Part shown: positions 50,275-59,757 of the stretch, in pieces
Numbering within the stretch: the stretch's first letter is position 1
Layout: each line of letters begins with the position of its first letter
IMG/VR virus record: IMGVR_UViG_3300045988_074841
Length of the DNA: 64,000 nucleotides
Source: a virus
Reading direction: 5' to 3' (one strand)
Notes under the pieces: model-generated
What the model was told of the DNA's origin: nothing
Seen by the model: only the letters and a program-made list of their open reading frames with translations
Database searches by the model: none
Position numbers and translations under genes: made by a program

Positions 50275-50876
50275 TAATAGATAATCTTTTACTTATTGAT
50301 GAAAATGGTATGCCTGAAGCTCCAACTATTCGTCAATTAATAGATAAAGACGTTAGAGAGCTTTATACTAGAGATAAGTCTAAAGATAAGTCTGGTTATG
50401 TAAAAGACTGTATAGTTATTTATTATCTTGGAGACCCTAAGTCTCCTGCAAAACAAAGTGGTTTAAGTGATGCTGAAGCTCTTAAAATGGCTATAGAACA
50501 AGCTGGTCTTCCAGCTAACTATATACCTAGTGCTCTTGTTTTGAAGATAATTAAAAGATATTATGCTCAAAATATAGGAGAAGCTGGTAGAGTTGTTGAG
50601 AATCTTCTTAAAACTCTACATAATGTAAATATTGCAGTTGATTCTATTAATGCTTTGCTTAATGAAAAGCTTAGAGATAGAGCTAATTTAACTATAGAGA
50701 ATGTAAGTACTCTTTTAGATTTAGTAGATAAAGTTACTGCTAAAGCATCTGAGATTCCTAAGACTTTAAAATCTTTGAATGAAGCTAAGGAAAATCTTAT
50801 GTATGAAAAAGAGTCTGAAAAAGCTAGAGGTGGTGGTGCTATTACTAGTAGTATGAATGCTGCTGATTATGTTTAA
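50256..50876 (+). CDS. Hypothetical protein
   Basis: 206-aa ORF. 19-nt overlap with the upstream gene. Confidence 0.5.
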   Translation: MQRDRLIIDNLLLIDENGMPEAPTIRQLIDKDVRELYTRDKSKDKSGYVKDCIVIYYLGDPKSPAKQSGLSDAEALKMAIEQAGLPANYIPSALVLKIIKRYYAQNIGEAGRVVENLLKTLHNVNIAVDSINALLNEKLRDRANLTIENVSTLLDLVDKVTAKASEIPKTLKSLNEAKENLMYEKESEKARGGGAITSSMNAADYV

Positions 50877-50894
50877 CATTATATTGTTTAAGTT

Positions 50895-51884
50895 ATGAAT
50901 AGTATTTATGAAAATAACTTTCTTTATTTTGATGAAGGTCCACATAAATATACCGATTCTTTAGGTAATGAATATCTTAGTGTAACTACTAATATAGAGA
51001 ATTACTGTCCTAAGTTTGATAAGAAGTATTGGCTTAGAAAGAAAGCTAAAGAACGTGGTATTAGTGAACGTAAACTTGAAGCTGAATGGGAAAGAATAAC
51101 TAAAGAAGCTTGTGAACGTGGTACAGCTACACATAATGGACTTGAAGATGGTATCAAAGGAAGTAGTATGTTTAAAGATGCTATTCAATATCTTAATCAA
51201 GTTAAAAGTGGTAGATGTATAACTGTAGCTGATATTCCTAATCTTACAGCTCATCCTCTAGATATAGAACAATTTAAAGAAGCTACTAATAATAAGTATC
51301 CTGAAATATATCAAGTATTTCAATATTATATAGATAAAGGATATACTATTTATTCTGAAATTGGAGTATTTGTTCCAGAGTTACTTCTTAGTGGTACTAT
51401 AGATGTTCTTTGTGTTAGACCTGATAGATTTGTTATTCTTGATTGGAAAACTAATAAAGATGGTCTTCATTTTACTAGTGGTTTTTATCGTAAAGATAAA
51501 ACTACTAAACCTGTTCAACTTACTAGTGAATGGTGTAATACTCACGAATTTATGTTACCTCCTTTTGCTCATCTAGAAAATTGTAATGGTAATCATTATA
51601 CTATGCAATTATCTACTTATGCTAGAATGACTGAAATGATATTAGGTATTCCTTGTGTTGGTCTAGGTCTTTGTCATATTCAAACTCCTTTTGAAAAGAA
51701 TAAATATGGTATGCCTTATCGTGATGTTCATGGTATGTATAAGATTGATAAAGAAGGTAAGGAAGTTGTTACTTGGTTTAAGATTAATTATATTCGTAAT
51801 GAAATAGATGCTATGTTTCAAGATAGAAGAATTAAACTTAATAAACAAGGTTTACTAACTCCACAAACTGAAATACAATGGTAA
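50895..51884 (+). CDS. PD-(D/E)xK family nuclease (YqaJ/lambda-Exo-like or Cas4-like)
   Basis: GTIDVLCVRPDRFVILDWKT gives D...D-x-K. Upstream GTATHNG could be motif I. Confidence 0.45.
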   Translation: MNSIYENNFLYFDEGPHKYTDSLGNEYLSVTTNIENYCPKFDKKYWLRKKAKERGISERKLEAEWERITKEACERGTATHNGLEDGIKGSSMFKDAIQYLNQVKSGRCITVADIPNLTAHPLDIEQFKEATNNKYPEIYQVFQYYIDKGYTIYSEIGVFVPELLLSGTIDVLCVRPDRFVILDWKTNKDGLHFTSGFYRKDKTTKPVQLTSEWCNTHEFMLPPFAHLENCNGNHYTMQLSTYARMTEMILGIPCVGLGLCHIQTPFEKNKYGMPYRDVHGMYKIDKEGKEVVTWFKINYIRNEIDAMFQDRRIKLNKQGLLTPQTEIQW

Positions 51885-52014
51885 TATGACAAGACGAAGA
51901 CGAATTAATACTAGAGTTCTTCATGTTGAAGAAGTTAGTAATATTAAGTATGTTTGTAAAGGTGTTCCAGAAGATGGAACATTTTATGTATTTGGTGTAT
52001 TAAAACAATAAGAT

Positions 52015-52623
52015 ATGAATGAAAAATTATTTAATAAAGCAAGTAAAGCTGATTTCAGCAAAATACTCATCAATAAAGGATATGCCTATTTTAATAAAGG
52101 TAAGTATAATCTTAACATTATTGGTATTAGAAATGCTGGCAATAATGTTACTAATAAATTTGATGATGTTATTGTAGTAGAATATATTGATATGTATGGT
52201 ATTAAATCTAGAAATATATTTGCTGCTACTACTGAGCCTGGTATTACTAGTATGACTAAACCTGTAAGTTATAAAGGTTGTGCTATACTTGTTCCTGGTC
52301 AATATCGTTCTGCTTTGAAACTTGGTTATCATAAAGGTAAGTATGAAGCTATTGTTCAATATAAACCTGTAAAAGTTTATAGAGATAATAATAAAGATGC
52401 TGTTTACGATTTTAATCCAAAGACTATAGAAGAAGGTACATTTGGTATCAATATTCATAAAGCTGGAACACATTCTACTCAAGTTGATAATTGGTCTGCT
52501 GGTTGTCAAGTTCTTGCTAATAAAGAAGATTTTGATACTCTTATGAAACTTGCTCATAGACAAATTAGTCAAGGATATGGTAAACTATTTACTTATACTT
52601 TACTTAATGAGGAGGATTTATAA
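52015..52623 (+). CDS. Putative endolysin with an L,D-transpeptidase (YkuD)-like catalytic motif
   Basis: IHKAGTHSTQVDNWSAGCQV matches the LDT catalytic His...Ser-x-Gly-Cys signature. Followed by small membrane proteins. Confidence 0.4.
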   Translation: MNEKLFNKASKADFSKILINKGYAYFNKGKYNLNIIGIRNAGNNVTNKFDDVIVVEYIDMYGIKSRNIFAATTEPGITSMTKPVSYKGCAILVPGQYRSALKLGYHKGKYEAIVQYKPVKVYRDNNKDAVYDFNPKTIEEGTFGINIHKAGTHSTQVDNWSAGCQVLANKEDFDTLMKLAHRQISQGYGKLFTYTLLNEEDL

Positions 52624-52883
52624 TGAGTAATTTAATTAAAGAAATTATTAAAGGTGCAGCAATGTTTTTTGTTTTTGGCATTAGTGCTATTGTAATTATT
52701 AGTCTTATAGATAATAAAAAGACTTATACTATTGTTGAACAAAATGTTGAAATACAGAAGCATAATGATAGTTTAAGAATTGAAGTTGATAATTTAGATA
52801 GTATTAAAAATGCAAAAGTTATTGAAGTTAAAACTCTTGATAATGATAGTACTATTAAGTTGTTCTATAAACTCATCAAGTAA
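52623..52883 (+). CDS. Small membrane protein (holin/spanin-like), N-terminal TM
   Basis: 86 aa. TM GAAMFFVFGISAIVIISLI. Start overlaps the stop of the putative lysin (ATGA). Confidence 0.45.
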   Translation: MSNLIKEIIKGAAMFFVFGISAIVIISLIDNKKTYTIVEQNVEIQKHNDSLRIEVDNLDSIKNAKVIEVKTLDNDSTIKLFYKLIK

Positions 52884-53166
52884 ATCATTAACATCTTCTA
52901 CGGGGAGGATAGAACAAGATAGTGTAACTATAGCGATTAGTGATATTCGTAAAGCTAATGCTAAACTAATAGAATTAAATTATGAAAAGGATATTAATAA
53001 GAATCTTCGACAAATTATTAGAAATGATAGTATTCTTGCAGAACAAGCTAGACAAAGATATATACTATTGGATAGGTCATGTAAGAAAGTAACAAAACAA
53101 CGTAATGTTGCTTGTTGTAGTGCTGCTGGTGCTATTATATTACTAATTTTAAGTTTAATAAAATGA
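52810..53166 (+). CDS. Small protein with C-terminal TM (possible spanin-like partner). The start is uncertain because it overlaps the previous ORF by 74 nt.
   Basis: 118-aa ORF with C-terminal AAGAIILLILSLI. No alternative in-frame start downstream of the overlap. Contains a motif copy (SSTGRIEQ). Confidence 0.3.
   Translation: MQKLLKLKLLIMIVLLSCSINSSSKSLTSSTGRIEQDSVTIAISDIRKANAKLIELNYEKDINKNLRQIIRNDSILAEQARQRYILLDRSCKKVTKQRNVACCSAAGAIILLILSLIK
52894..52908 (+). repeat. Motif variant (tcttctacggggagg) after or within the lysis-cassette ORFs
   Basis: SSTGRIEQ in ORF 52810-53166. Confidence 0.7.
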
Positions 53167-55469
53167 GTGATAATCATACTGTAGAAAAGTATATTGAAAG
53201 CTACCCTTTTCTTCAATATTTAAACGATAATCATGGACAATATAAACATGCTAGAGAAGCAGGTTATAAAGACCCTAATGATTTGTTTATGATTGGAGAA
53301 AGTGGTGGCTTTCTTCTTGATATACGTAAAGGAGATAAGTTTGTTAATACTAATCTTCTTACTGAAATGGCTTCTCTATATCATATAAATGGTGAGAAAT
53401 ATACTTTATATAAAGAAGATAGTATTCCTCATCGTCAATTACGTAAAAGAGAAGAGTATAGACGTAAACATGGATTTGATGCTCCATGTTTTATGCGTAA
53501 TGGTGAAGTTCATAATCTCCATATTAGTGGAGATATGTATAATTATTTGAATTATACTATTATTGAACAGCTTGATGAAAAGACTATTATTCATACTGAT
53601 AAAGGTTCTGTTGCTAAGAAGAAACAAGACTTTCCTAAGTTTATAGATGCTCAGTTTTGGACATTTGCTATTATAGAGTTTTGTGAACTTAATGGTTTTC
53701 ATCTTCTTATTGATAAAACTCGTCGTGGTGGTTTCTCTTATATTATGGCTAGTCATAGTGCTAATAAGATAAATCTTCAACCTAATAAAGTTTGTATTCA
53801 TGTTGCTGCTGATAGTAAGTATCTTACTAAGCGTGGTGGTCTTACTGATTTTACTATTCGTAATCTTTATTTTTATGAGAATAAGACTTTCTTTAAACGT
53901 GGTATTCTTTCTCGTGCTGCTGAAAACTTTACTCTAGGCTTTAAACTTCCTAATGGTGATATTAGTCCAAATAGTTGGAATAGTGCTCTGTTTAGTGCTT
54001 CTGCTAATAACAATCCTGATTGTGCTATTGGTAAGGATGCTGTTAGTGTTAAGACTGAGGAGGTTTCTACTATGGAAAACTTCGATGAGTACATGAATGT
54101 TACTGAACCTGCTATGCGTACTGGTAGTTATGTTACAGGTAACTTATTTGCTTGGGGTACTGCTACTAGTGGTAACATGCAAACATTTGAACGTAACTTC
54201 TATAATCCATCTGCTTTTCATTTTATAGCTTTTGAGAATGTTTGGGATAAAGATTCTCGTAATGAAGTTTGTGGTTATTTTAAACCTTATTGTTGGGGTC
54301 TTCAAGGTCAGATTGGTGATAGATATGCTATGGATGCTGATGGTAATTCTGACATTGAAATGGGTCTTAGAATTGCTTATAAAGAACGTACTGATAAGAA
54401 AGTTCATAGTAAGACTTTTAGTGACTATATTAATTATCTAGGTCAGTATGCTAATATGCCTAGTGAATCATTTAGTTCTACTAGTGAAAATTTATTTAGT
54501 TCTGAAGCTTTAATGAATTGGGAAGAAGTACTTAAAAATGACCCAGCTTATACTAATATATCTGATGATGGTATGTTCTTTGAAGATGCTGACGGTAAAG
54601 TAATATTTAAAACTAATGCTCGTATTAAAGCAGAAGGAGGTAAGTTTAATAAAGATTTCTTTGATTGGATTCAAGGTGTACCTCGTAAACAACATGAACA
54701 TCCACATGGTTGTGTTCGTAAATGGTTTGAACCTATTAGAGTTAACCATGTTAACGAAAATGGTAAATATGAAGTTGGTATTCCAAAAGGTCAATATTCT
54801 ATAAGTTATGACCCTGTAGGTGTGAATAAAGAAACTAGTGGTATCACTAATAAACATTCTCATAATAGTATTAAAGTTTGGGAGAACCCTACACAATATA
54901 ATGGCTTTAAAGGTAAAGTAGTATGTGCATATTATGGTCGTCCTGAGAAACTTGAAGAAGCTGATAGAATATGTTACTTTATGGCTGTTTATTATAATTG
55001 TATTGGTACTACTGGTGTTGAGGTTAACCGTGGTGAAACTGTTAGTAATTTCACTAAATGGAAAGCTTTAAAGTACTTAATGAAAGACCCAGTAGAACTT
55101 TGGGATAGTTCTATTAAAGCTAAAGTTACTGCATCTTATGGTGTAAATATGGGTGGTGGTAGTGGTCAAGGTACTACTAAAGTTCTTGAAGGACTTCGAT
55201 TACTTAAAGAAATGTTATATAGTGAAGTTGGTAAAAAACTTGATGGTACACCTCTTTATTTCTTTCAGACTATTTATGATTATCAAACTGTACTTGAACT
55301 TCTTAAATGGAATGATAAAGGTAACTTTGATAGAGTATCTGAAATGTTGATACATGCACTCCAATGGAAACTTGATGATGTAGAAGCTGCTAAAGAACTT
55401 GCTCATCGTAAGAAAGCTACTATTGAAAATTATAATGATAATATTTGGGAACGTCCATGGTTTACATAA
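53163..55469 (+). CDS. Putative terminase large subunit
   Basis: 768 aa, the first large gene of the structural block. C-terminal SISYDPVGV resembles the TerL RNaseH-like nuclease motif I. The ATPase motifs are not clear by eye. Confidence 0.45.
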   Translation: MSDNHTVEKYIESYPFLQYLNDNHGQYKHAREAGYKDPNDLFMIGESGGFLLDIRKGDKFVNTNLLTEMASLYHINGEKYTLYKEDSIPHRQLRKREEYRRKHGFDAPCFMRNGEVHNLHISGDMYNYLNYTIIEQLDEKTIIHTDKGSVAKKKQDFPKFIDAQFWTFAIIEFCELNGFHLLIDKTRRGGFSYIMASHSANKINLQPNKVCIHVAADSKYLTKRGGLTDFTIRNLYFYENKTFFKRGILSRAAENFTLGFKLPNGDISPNSWNSALFSASANNNPDCAIGKDAVSVKTEEVSTMENFDEYMNVTEPAMRTGSYVTGNLFAWGTATSGNMQTFERNFYNPSAFHFIAFENVWDKDSRNEVCGYFKPYCWGLQGQIGDRYAMDADGNSDIEMGLRIAYKERTDKKVHSKTFSDYINYLGQYANMPSESFSSTSENLFSSEALMNWEEVLKNDPAYTNISDDGMFFEDADGKVIFKTNARIKAEGGKFNKDFFDWIQGVPRKQHEHPHGCVRKWFEPIRVNHVNENGKYEVGIPKGQYSISYDPVGVNKETSGITNKHSHNSIKVWENPTQYNGFKGKVVCAYYGRPEKLEEADRICYFMAVYYNCIGTTGVEVNRGETVSNFTKWKALKYLMKDPVELWDSSIKAKVTASYGVNMGGGSGQGTTKVLEGLRLLKEMLYSEVGKKLDGTPLYFFQTIYDYQTVLELLKWNDKGNFDRVSEMLIHALQWKLDDVEAAKELAHRKKATIENYNDNIWERPWFT

Positions 55470-55496
55470 TAATTAGTTAACTAAATAAATATACGT

Positions 55497-57926
55497 ATGT
55501 TTAATAACAATTTAACTTATCAATTTCCTAAACAAAAGGTTAGTGCTGAAGAAAAAGCAAAGCCTTATTGGTATACTAATAGTATTGATTATATTATTGG
55601 TTTAGGAATTAGTATGAATGACCGTAGTGATACTGAAACTAAAATTCGTATTCTACATGGTGAATTACCTCAAGAGTTTTATAGAAAAACTCTTAATCCT
55701 TATAATGCTAGTAAGGAACGTTTTAAGAACTTTCCTGCTACTCTACGTAACTATGATATTATGTCTGATATTATACGTAGATATATAGGAGAATATTTTA
55801 AAAATCCTCATGATTTTGTTGTAGGAGCTAATAATCCTGATATAGTATTTAATAGAAATGCTGCTCTTAAACAAAAAGTTATGGAAGCTGCTCAACAAGC
55901 TTTTCAAAAAGAGTTTCAAAAACGTTATCAGGCTGCTGTTCAACAAGCTGAAGGTCAAGGTCAATCTGTAGAAGCTATAAATCCTCAAGATGTTATGCCT
56001 GACCCAGAGGAGTTTATGCACAACTTTAACCAGGAGTATATAGATAAAGAAAGTAAGCAAGGTCAAGATATTCTTAATTATATTAGAGATATTACTAATG
56101 ACCTTAATATTTATCTTACTGCATTCTTTAATTATTGTGCTTTTGGTGAATGTTATACATATACTGAACTTAGAGGAGATAAGATTATTAAAGAATGTGT
56201 TCCTTTGATGGAAGCTTATCCTATTCCTAATAGTGAATATATGATTGAAGACCATGATATGTTTGCTAGAAAGATGAAGATGAGTTATAATCAAATTCTT
56301 GATGCTTTTGATGATTATCTTGATGATAATGATAGAGCATTTCTTGATAAGTATTATAATGATGCAGCTTATGCTACAAAGACTGTTCCTTTGAGATATG
56401 ACCAATACTTTGAACATTATGCTAATGTTTGTGATAAGTTTACTGATGAAGAACGTAGACTGTTTAGAACTAAAGATGAACATCCTAGTGCTCGTAATGG
56501 TAATCTTTATGAAGTTTGGCATGTAGTTTGGAAAGGTTTTGCTCGTCAAGGTATTCTTACTTTTGTAAATCAACTTGGTTTTCAGGAGCAAAGAGTTGTA
56601 GAAGAAGATTATGAATTGAATAAAGAAGCTGGTGATATTAGTATTGAATGGGAATATAAACCTCAAGTTTATGAAGGTTATAGAATAGGAACTAGATTTA
56701 CTGGTATCTATCCTGTTAAAGCTAGACCTATACTTTATGAACGTAAAGGTAAACTTCCTTATAATGGTATTATGGAAGTACTTCCTTATTTTGGTAAGTT
56801 TAGTATTATTGAAACTATTACTCCTTTCCAAGTATTTCGTAATATAGTTTCTTATCATCAAGAAATGGTAATAGCAAAGAATAAAATGCTTATTATGCTT
56901 TTGCCTAAATCTCTTGTAGCTAATGACACAGAAGATGCTATATATAGAATGGCTGCCGATGGTGTACTTCCTATTGATGATGAAGAAGATGCAGCAGGAG
57001 TTAAGATGCAAAACATTAGATTACTTAATGTAAATATGGGACAATATATTACAGAACTTAGTAATCTAAAAGAAGCTATTAAACTTGAAGCTCGTGAACT
57101 TGTTGATATGAATGCTCAACGTTATGGACAAATTGCTCAATCTGCTGGAGCTTCTACTACTCAAACTGCTGTTGCACAATCAAGTACTGGTTCTGTTATA
57201 ATATTCCAAATGTTTGACCAAATGAGATGTGCTGATTATAATAGAGATTTAGACTTTGCTAAATGTGCTTATATTGAAGGTCTAGAAACATCTTATATTG
57301 ATAAGACAACAGGTAAGAAACATTATCTTAGTCTTGATATAAATTCATTTGTTGGTTCTGAACTTAGTACTACTGTTAGAAACAATGCTAAGGAAATGGA
57401 TAAGATTCAGCAATTAAAACAATGGGCATTTAGTGCTGCACAGAATGGAGATTTGGATTCTGCTCTTGCTGCTATTACTGGAGATAATGTTGCTGCTATC
57501 AGTGATGCTGTTAAAAAATTTAGTCAGATAAAGCAACAACATGAAGAACAAATGAAACAAATAGACCAAGCTATTCAAGAACAAGCTAATCAACTTGAGT
57601 TACAAAAGATTGCTGCTAAAGGTGAACAAGATAGAGAAACACTTGCTCTTAAAGCGCAATACGATTTACAGCTTGAATATGCTAAAGGTGATATAGCTTT
57701 ACTTGGTGATACAAATCCTCAAAATGATGAATATGCTAAGACTCAATTAGCTCGTATTCAAGAAGAAAGTAAGAGAGCTAGCGAAGCTGCTAAACTTCAA
57801 CTTGAAAGACAAAAGCTTGCTATGGATGCTTATAATAAAGCTGCTGACCGTCAAGTAAAGAGAGAAGAAATGGCTAACCAATTAAAGATAGCAAAGACAA
57901 ATAAGAATAAGTACGATAATAAATAA
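55497..57926 (+). CDS. Putative portal protein
   Basis: 809 aa immediately after the TerL candidate. Gln/Glu-rich coiled-coil C-terminus. Assigned by position and size. Confidence 0.45.
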   Translation: MFNNNLTYQFPKQKVSAEEKAKPYWYTNSIDYIIGLGISMNDRSDTETKIRILHGELPQEFYRKTLNPYNASKERFKNFPATLRNYDIMSDIIRRYIGEYFKNPHDFVVGANNPDIVFNRNAALKQKVMEAAQQAFQKEFQKRYQAAVQQAEGQGQSVEAINPQDVMPDPEEFMHNFNQEYIDKESKQGQDILNYIRDITNDLNIYLTAFFNYCAFGECYTYTELRGDKIIKECVPLMEAYPIPNSEYMIEDHDMFARKMKMSYNQILDAFDDYLDDNDRAFLDKYYNDAAYATKTVPLRYDQYFEHYANVCDKFTDEERRLFRTKDEHPSARNGNLYEVWHVVWKGFARQGILTFVNQLGFQEQRVVEEDYELNKEAGDISIEWEYKPQVYEGYRIGTRFTGIYPVKARPILYERKGKLPYNGIMEVLPYFGKFSIIETITPFQVFRNIVSYHQEMVIAKNKMLIMLLPKSLVANDTEDAIYRMAADGVLPIDDEEDAAGVKMQNIRLLNVNMGQYITELSNLKEAIKLEARELVDMNAQRYGQIAQSAGASTTQTAVAQSSTGSVIIFQMFDQMRCADYNRDLDFAKCAYIEGLETSYIDKTTGKKHYLSLDINSFVGSELSTTVRNNAKEMDKIQQLKQWAFSAAQNGDLDSALAAITGDNVAAISDAVKKFSQIKQQHEEQMKQIDQAIQEQANQLELQKIAAKGEQDRETLALKAQYDLQLEYAKGDIALLGDTNPQNDEYAKTQLARIQEESKRASEAAKLQLERQKLAMDAYNKAADRQVKREEMANQLKIAKTNKNKYDNK

Positions 57927-58367
57927 ATTGTTTTTGTTTGTTGGTTTTGTTATGTGTAGGAGTAGTGCTCGTGAGAGTATTGCTCCTTTTATTTTACGTG
58001 ATAAAATTTTATTTAATATTTTAAATTCAATTCTGAGACGTTATCTATAAATAGCTGATTAACTTATAAGCCACTTAGATTGGATTGATTGTACATTAAG
58101 GAAATTGCATGTACTTGAATGTTTGTAACAAACAAAGCCACTCGAAAACACACGCAAACAATAGTTTAGAGTGCTGGAGTTGCATAAGAAACTCATGCTC
58201 AAACTGATGACATTAATAACCTTTATTCTACTAATAATCAGTTTGCTGAAACTTCTAATAATGATAGTTAAATAACTTATGCTTTTCTTCATACTATAAA
58301 TAAAGGTATTACTTTTGCAGCAACTAACAAGTGTTAGTGTATTATTAATCATTTAAATTATAAAGCT

Positions 58368-59732
58368 ATGTTTGTATTTCGTAATAGTATTGGGTTCGGT
58401 CAGCATCATCGTTTGATGGTTGAACTTGATAATATTGATTTTGGAAATGGCGGTGGTAATGGTAGTGGTACTAACGCCAATAATAACCAAGGTAACGGAG
58501 GCGGCACTGATAATAATAACGGTGGTGGTAATGGCTCTGGTGATAATAAAGATGGTGACGGTAAAGAGGGTGATGGAAATGATAAAGATAATCCTGAGCC
58601 TGATAATGCCAATGATAATCCTGATAATAAGGATAATAACAAAGACAATCCATCCAACTCTTCTACGGGGGGTCTTGAGGTAGGTACAAATGTCGAGTTT
58701 GAAGGCAAAAAGTATACTGTTGCTGAAAATGGAGACCTTGTAGATGCAGATGGTAAAGTTTTTAAAGAAGCTAAAGATGTTGACGAGTGGATTAAATCAC
58801 TCGAAGTTGATGAACCTGGAGCTGAGGTAAATATTGAAAATATTCGTAAAGCTATGAATATTGATATTACTGATGAAAATGGTAATCCAGTTGAATTTAC
58901 TGATGACATTGAAGGTATTAAGAGTTACATTAATTCTGCTATTGAACTTAAATCAAATGAAGTAGCTGTTGCTGCTGTTAATAAAGTATTTGTTGACAAT
59001 CCTATTCTCAAGCAGTTTGTTGATTATCTTACTGTAAATGGTGGTGATTCTCGTGGTTTTGGTGAACGTCCTGACCGTTCAGGTATTACTGTTGATGAGA
59101 AGTCTGAAGAGCAACAGATTGCTATTATTAAAGCTGCTGCTAAAGAATTTGGTAATGCTTCTCTTAATGATAATTACATTAAGTATCTTAAAGATTCTGG
59201 TGGTCTTTATGATGAAGCTAAAGTTCAACTTGCTAACCTTCAAAATGCTGATAAACAACGTGATGAAGATGAAGCTAAACAAGCTGAAGCTTATCGTCAA
59301 AAACAAGAAGCTGAAACTATTGCTTATTGGAAAGGTATTAAAGATACTATTGATAAACGTGAAATTGGAGGATATAAACTTCCTGAATCTCTTGTTAAAG
59401 AAGTTAATGGACAGAAAGTTACTGTTACTCCAAACGATTTCTATGATTATCTTTCTTGTGGTATTAAAGATGAAAATGGTAATATTGCTACTGCTTATGA
59501 GCGTGCTCTTGCTAATCAATCTCCAGAGGAAGCTACTAATCAAGAATTACTTAGTGCTTGGTTAATGTTCACAGGTGGAACTTATAAAGACCTTGTTAAA
59601 ATGGCTATTAATAATGAGCAGGTTAAAACTTTAAAGCTTGTTGCCAAAGGAAATAAAGGTCATGGTGCTGTACGAATTACTAAGCCACAAACTAATAATA
59701 ATAAAGCTATTGATAATATTCAATTTAGCTAA
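58368..59732 (+). CDS. Structural/scaffold-like protein with an N-terminal G/N/D-rich low-complexity region
   Basis: 454 aa. Residues about 25-105 are GNGGGNGSG...DNKDN repeats. Contains a motif copy (SSTGGLEV). Confidence 0.5.
   Translation: MFVFRNSIGFGQHHRLMVELDNIDFGNGGGNGSGTNANNNQGNGGGTDNNNGGGNGSGDNKDGDGKEGDGNDKDNPEPDNANDNPDNKDNNKDNPSNSSTGGLEVGTNVEFEGKKYTVAENGDLVDADGKVFKEAKDVDEWIKSLEVDEPGAEVNIENIRKAMNIDITDENGNPVEFTDDIEGIKSYINSAIELKSNEVAVAAVNKVFVDNPILKQFVDYLTVNGGDSRGFGERPDRSGITVDEKSEEQQIAIIKAAAKEFGNASLNDNYIKYLKDSGGLYDEAKVQLANLQNADKQRDEDEAKQAEAYRQKQEAETIAYWKGIKDTIDKREIGGYKLPESLVKEVNGQKVTVTPNDFYDYLSCGIKDENGNIATAYERALANQSPEEATNQELLSAWLMFTGGTYKDLVKMAINNEQVKTLKLVAKGNKGHGAVRITKPQTNNNKAIDNIQFS
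58659..58672 (+). repeat. Motif variant (tcttctacgggggg) inside 58368-59732
   Basis: SSTGGLEV. Confidence 0.7.
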
Positions 59733-59757
59733 ATGTTTAATTAATTAATTAATAACT

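Noticed and set aside
55743-57011. 422-aa antisense ORF inside the portal candidate
   Set aside because: Low-complexity Ile/Phe/Ser/Lys translation. It sits inside a better-supported 809-aa gene on the opposite strand.
2283-58672. Recurrent GC-rich motif as a CRISPR array
   Set aside because: Copies are 1-14 kb apart, in both orientations, without regular repeat-spacer periodicity, so they do not form an array.
58406-58909. 167-aa minus-strand ORF rich in Ser/Pro/Leu opposite the low-complexity region of 58368-59732
   Set aside because: It mirrors the GGN/AAY repeats of the sense strand. Antisense repeat artefact.
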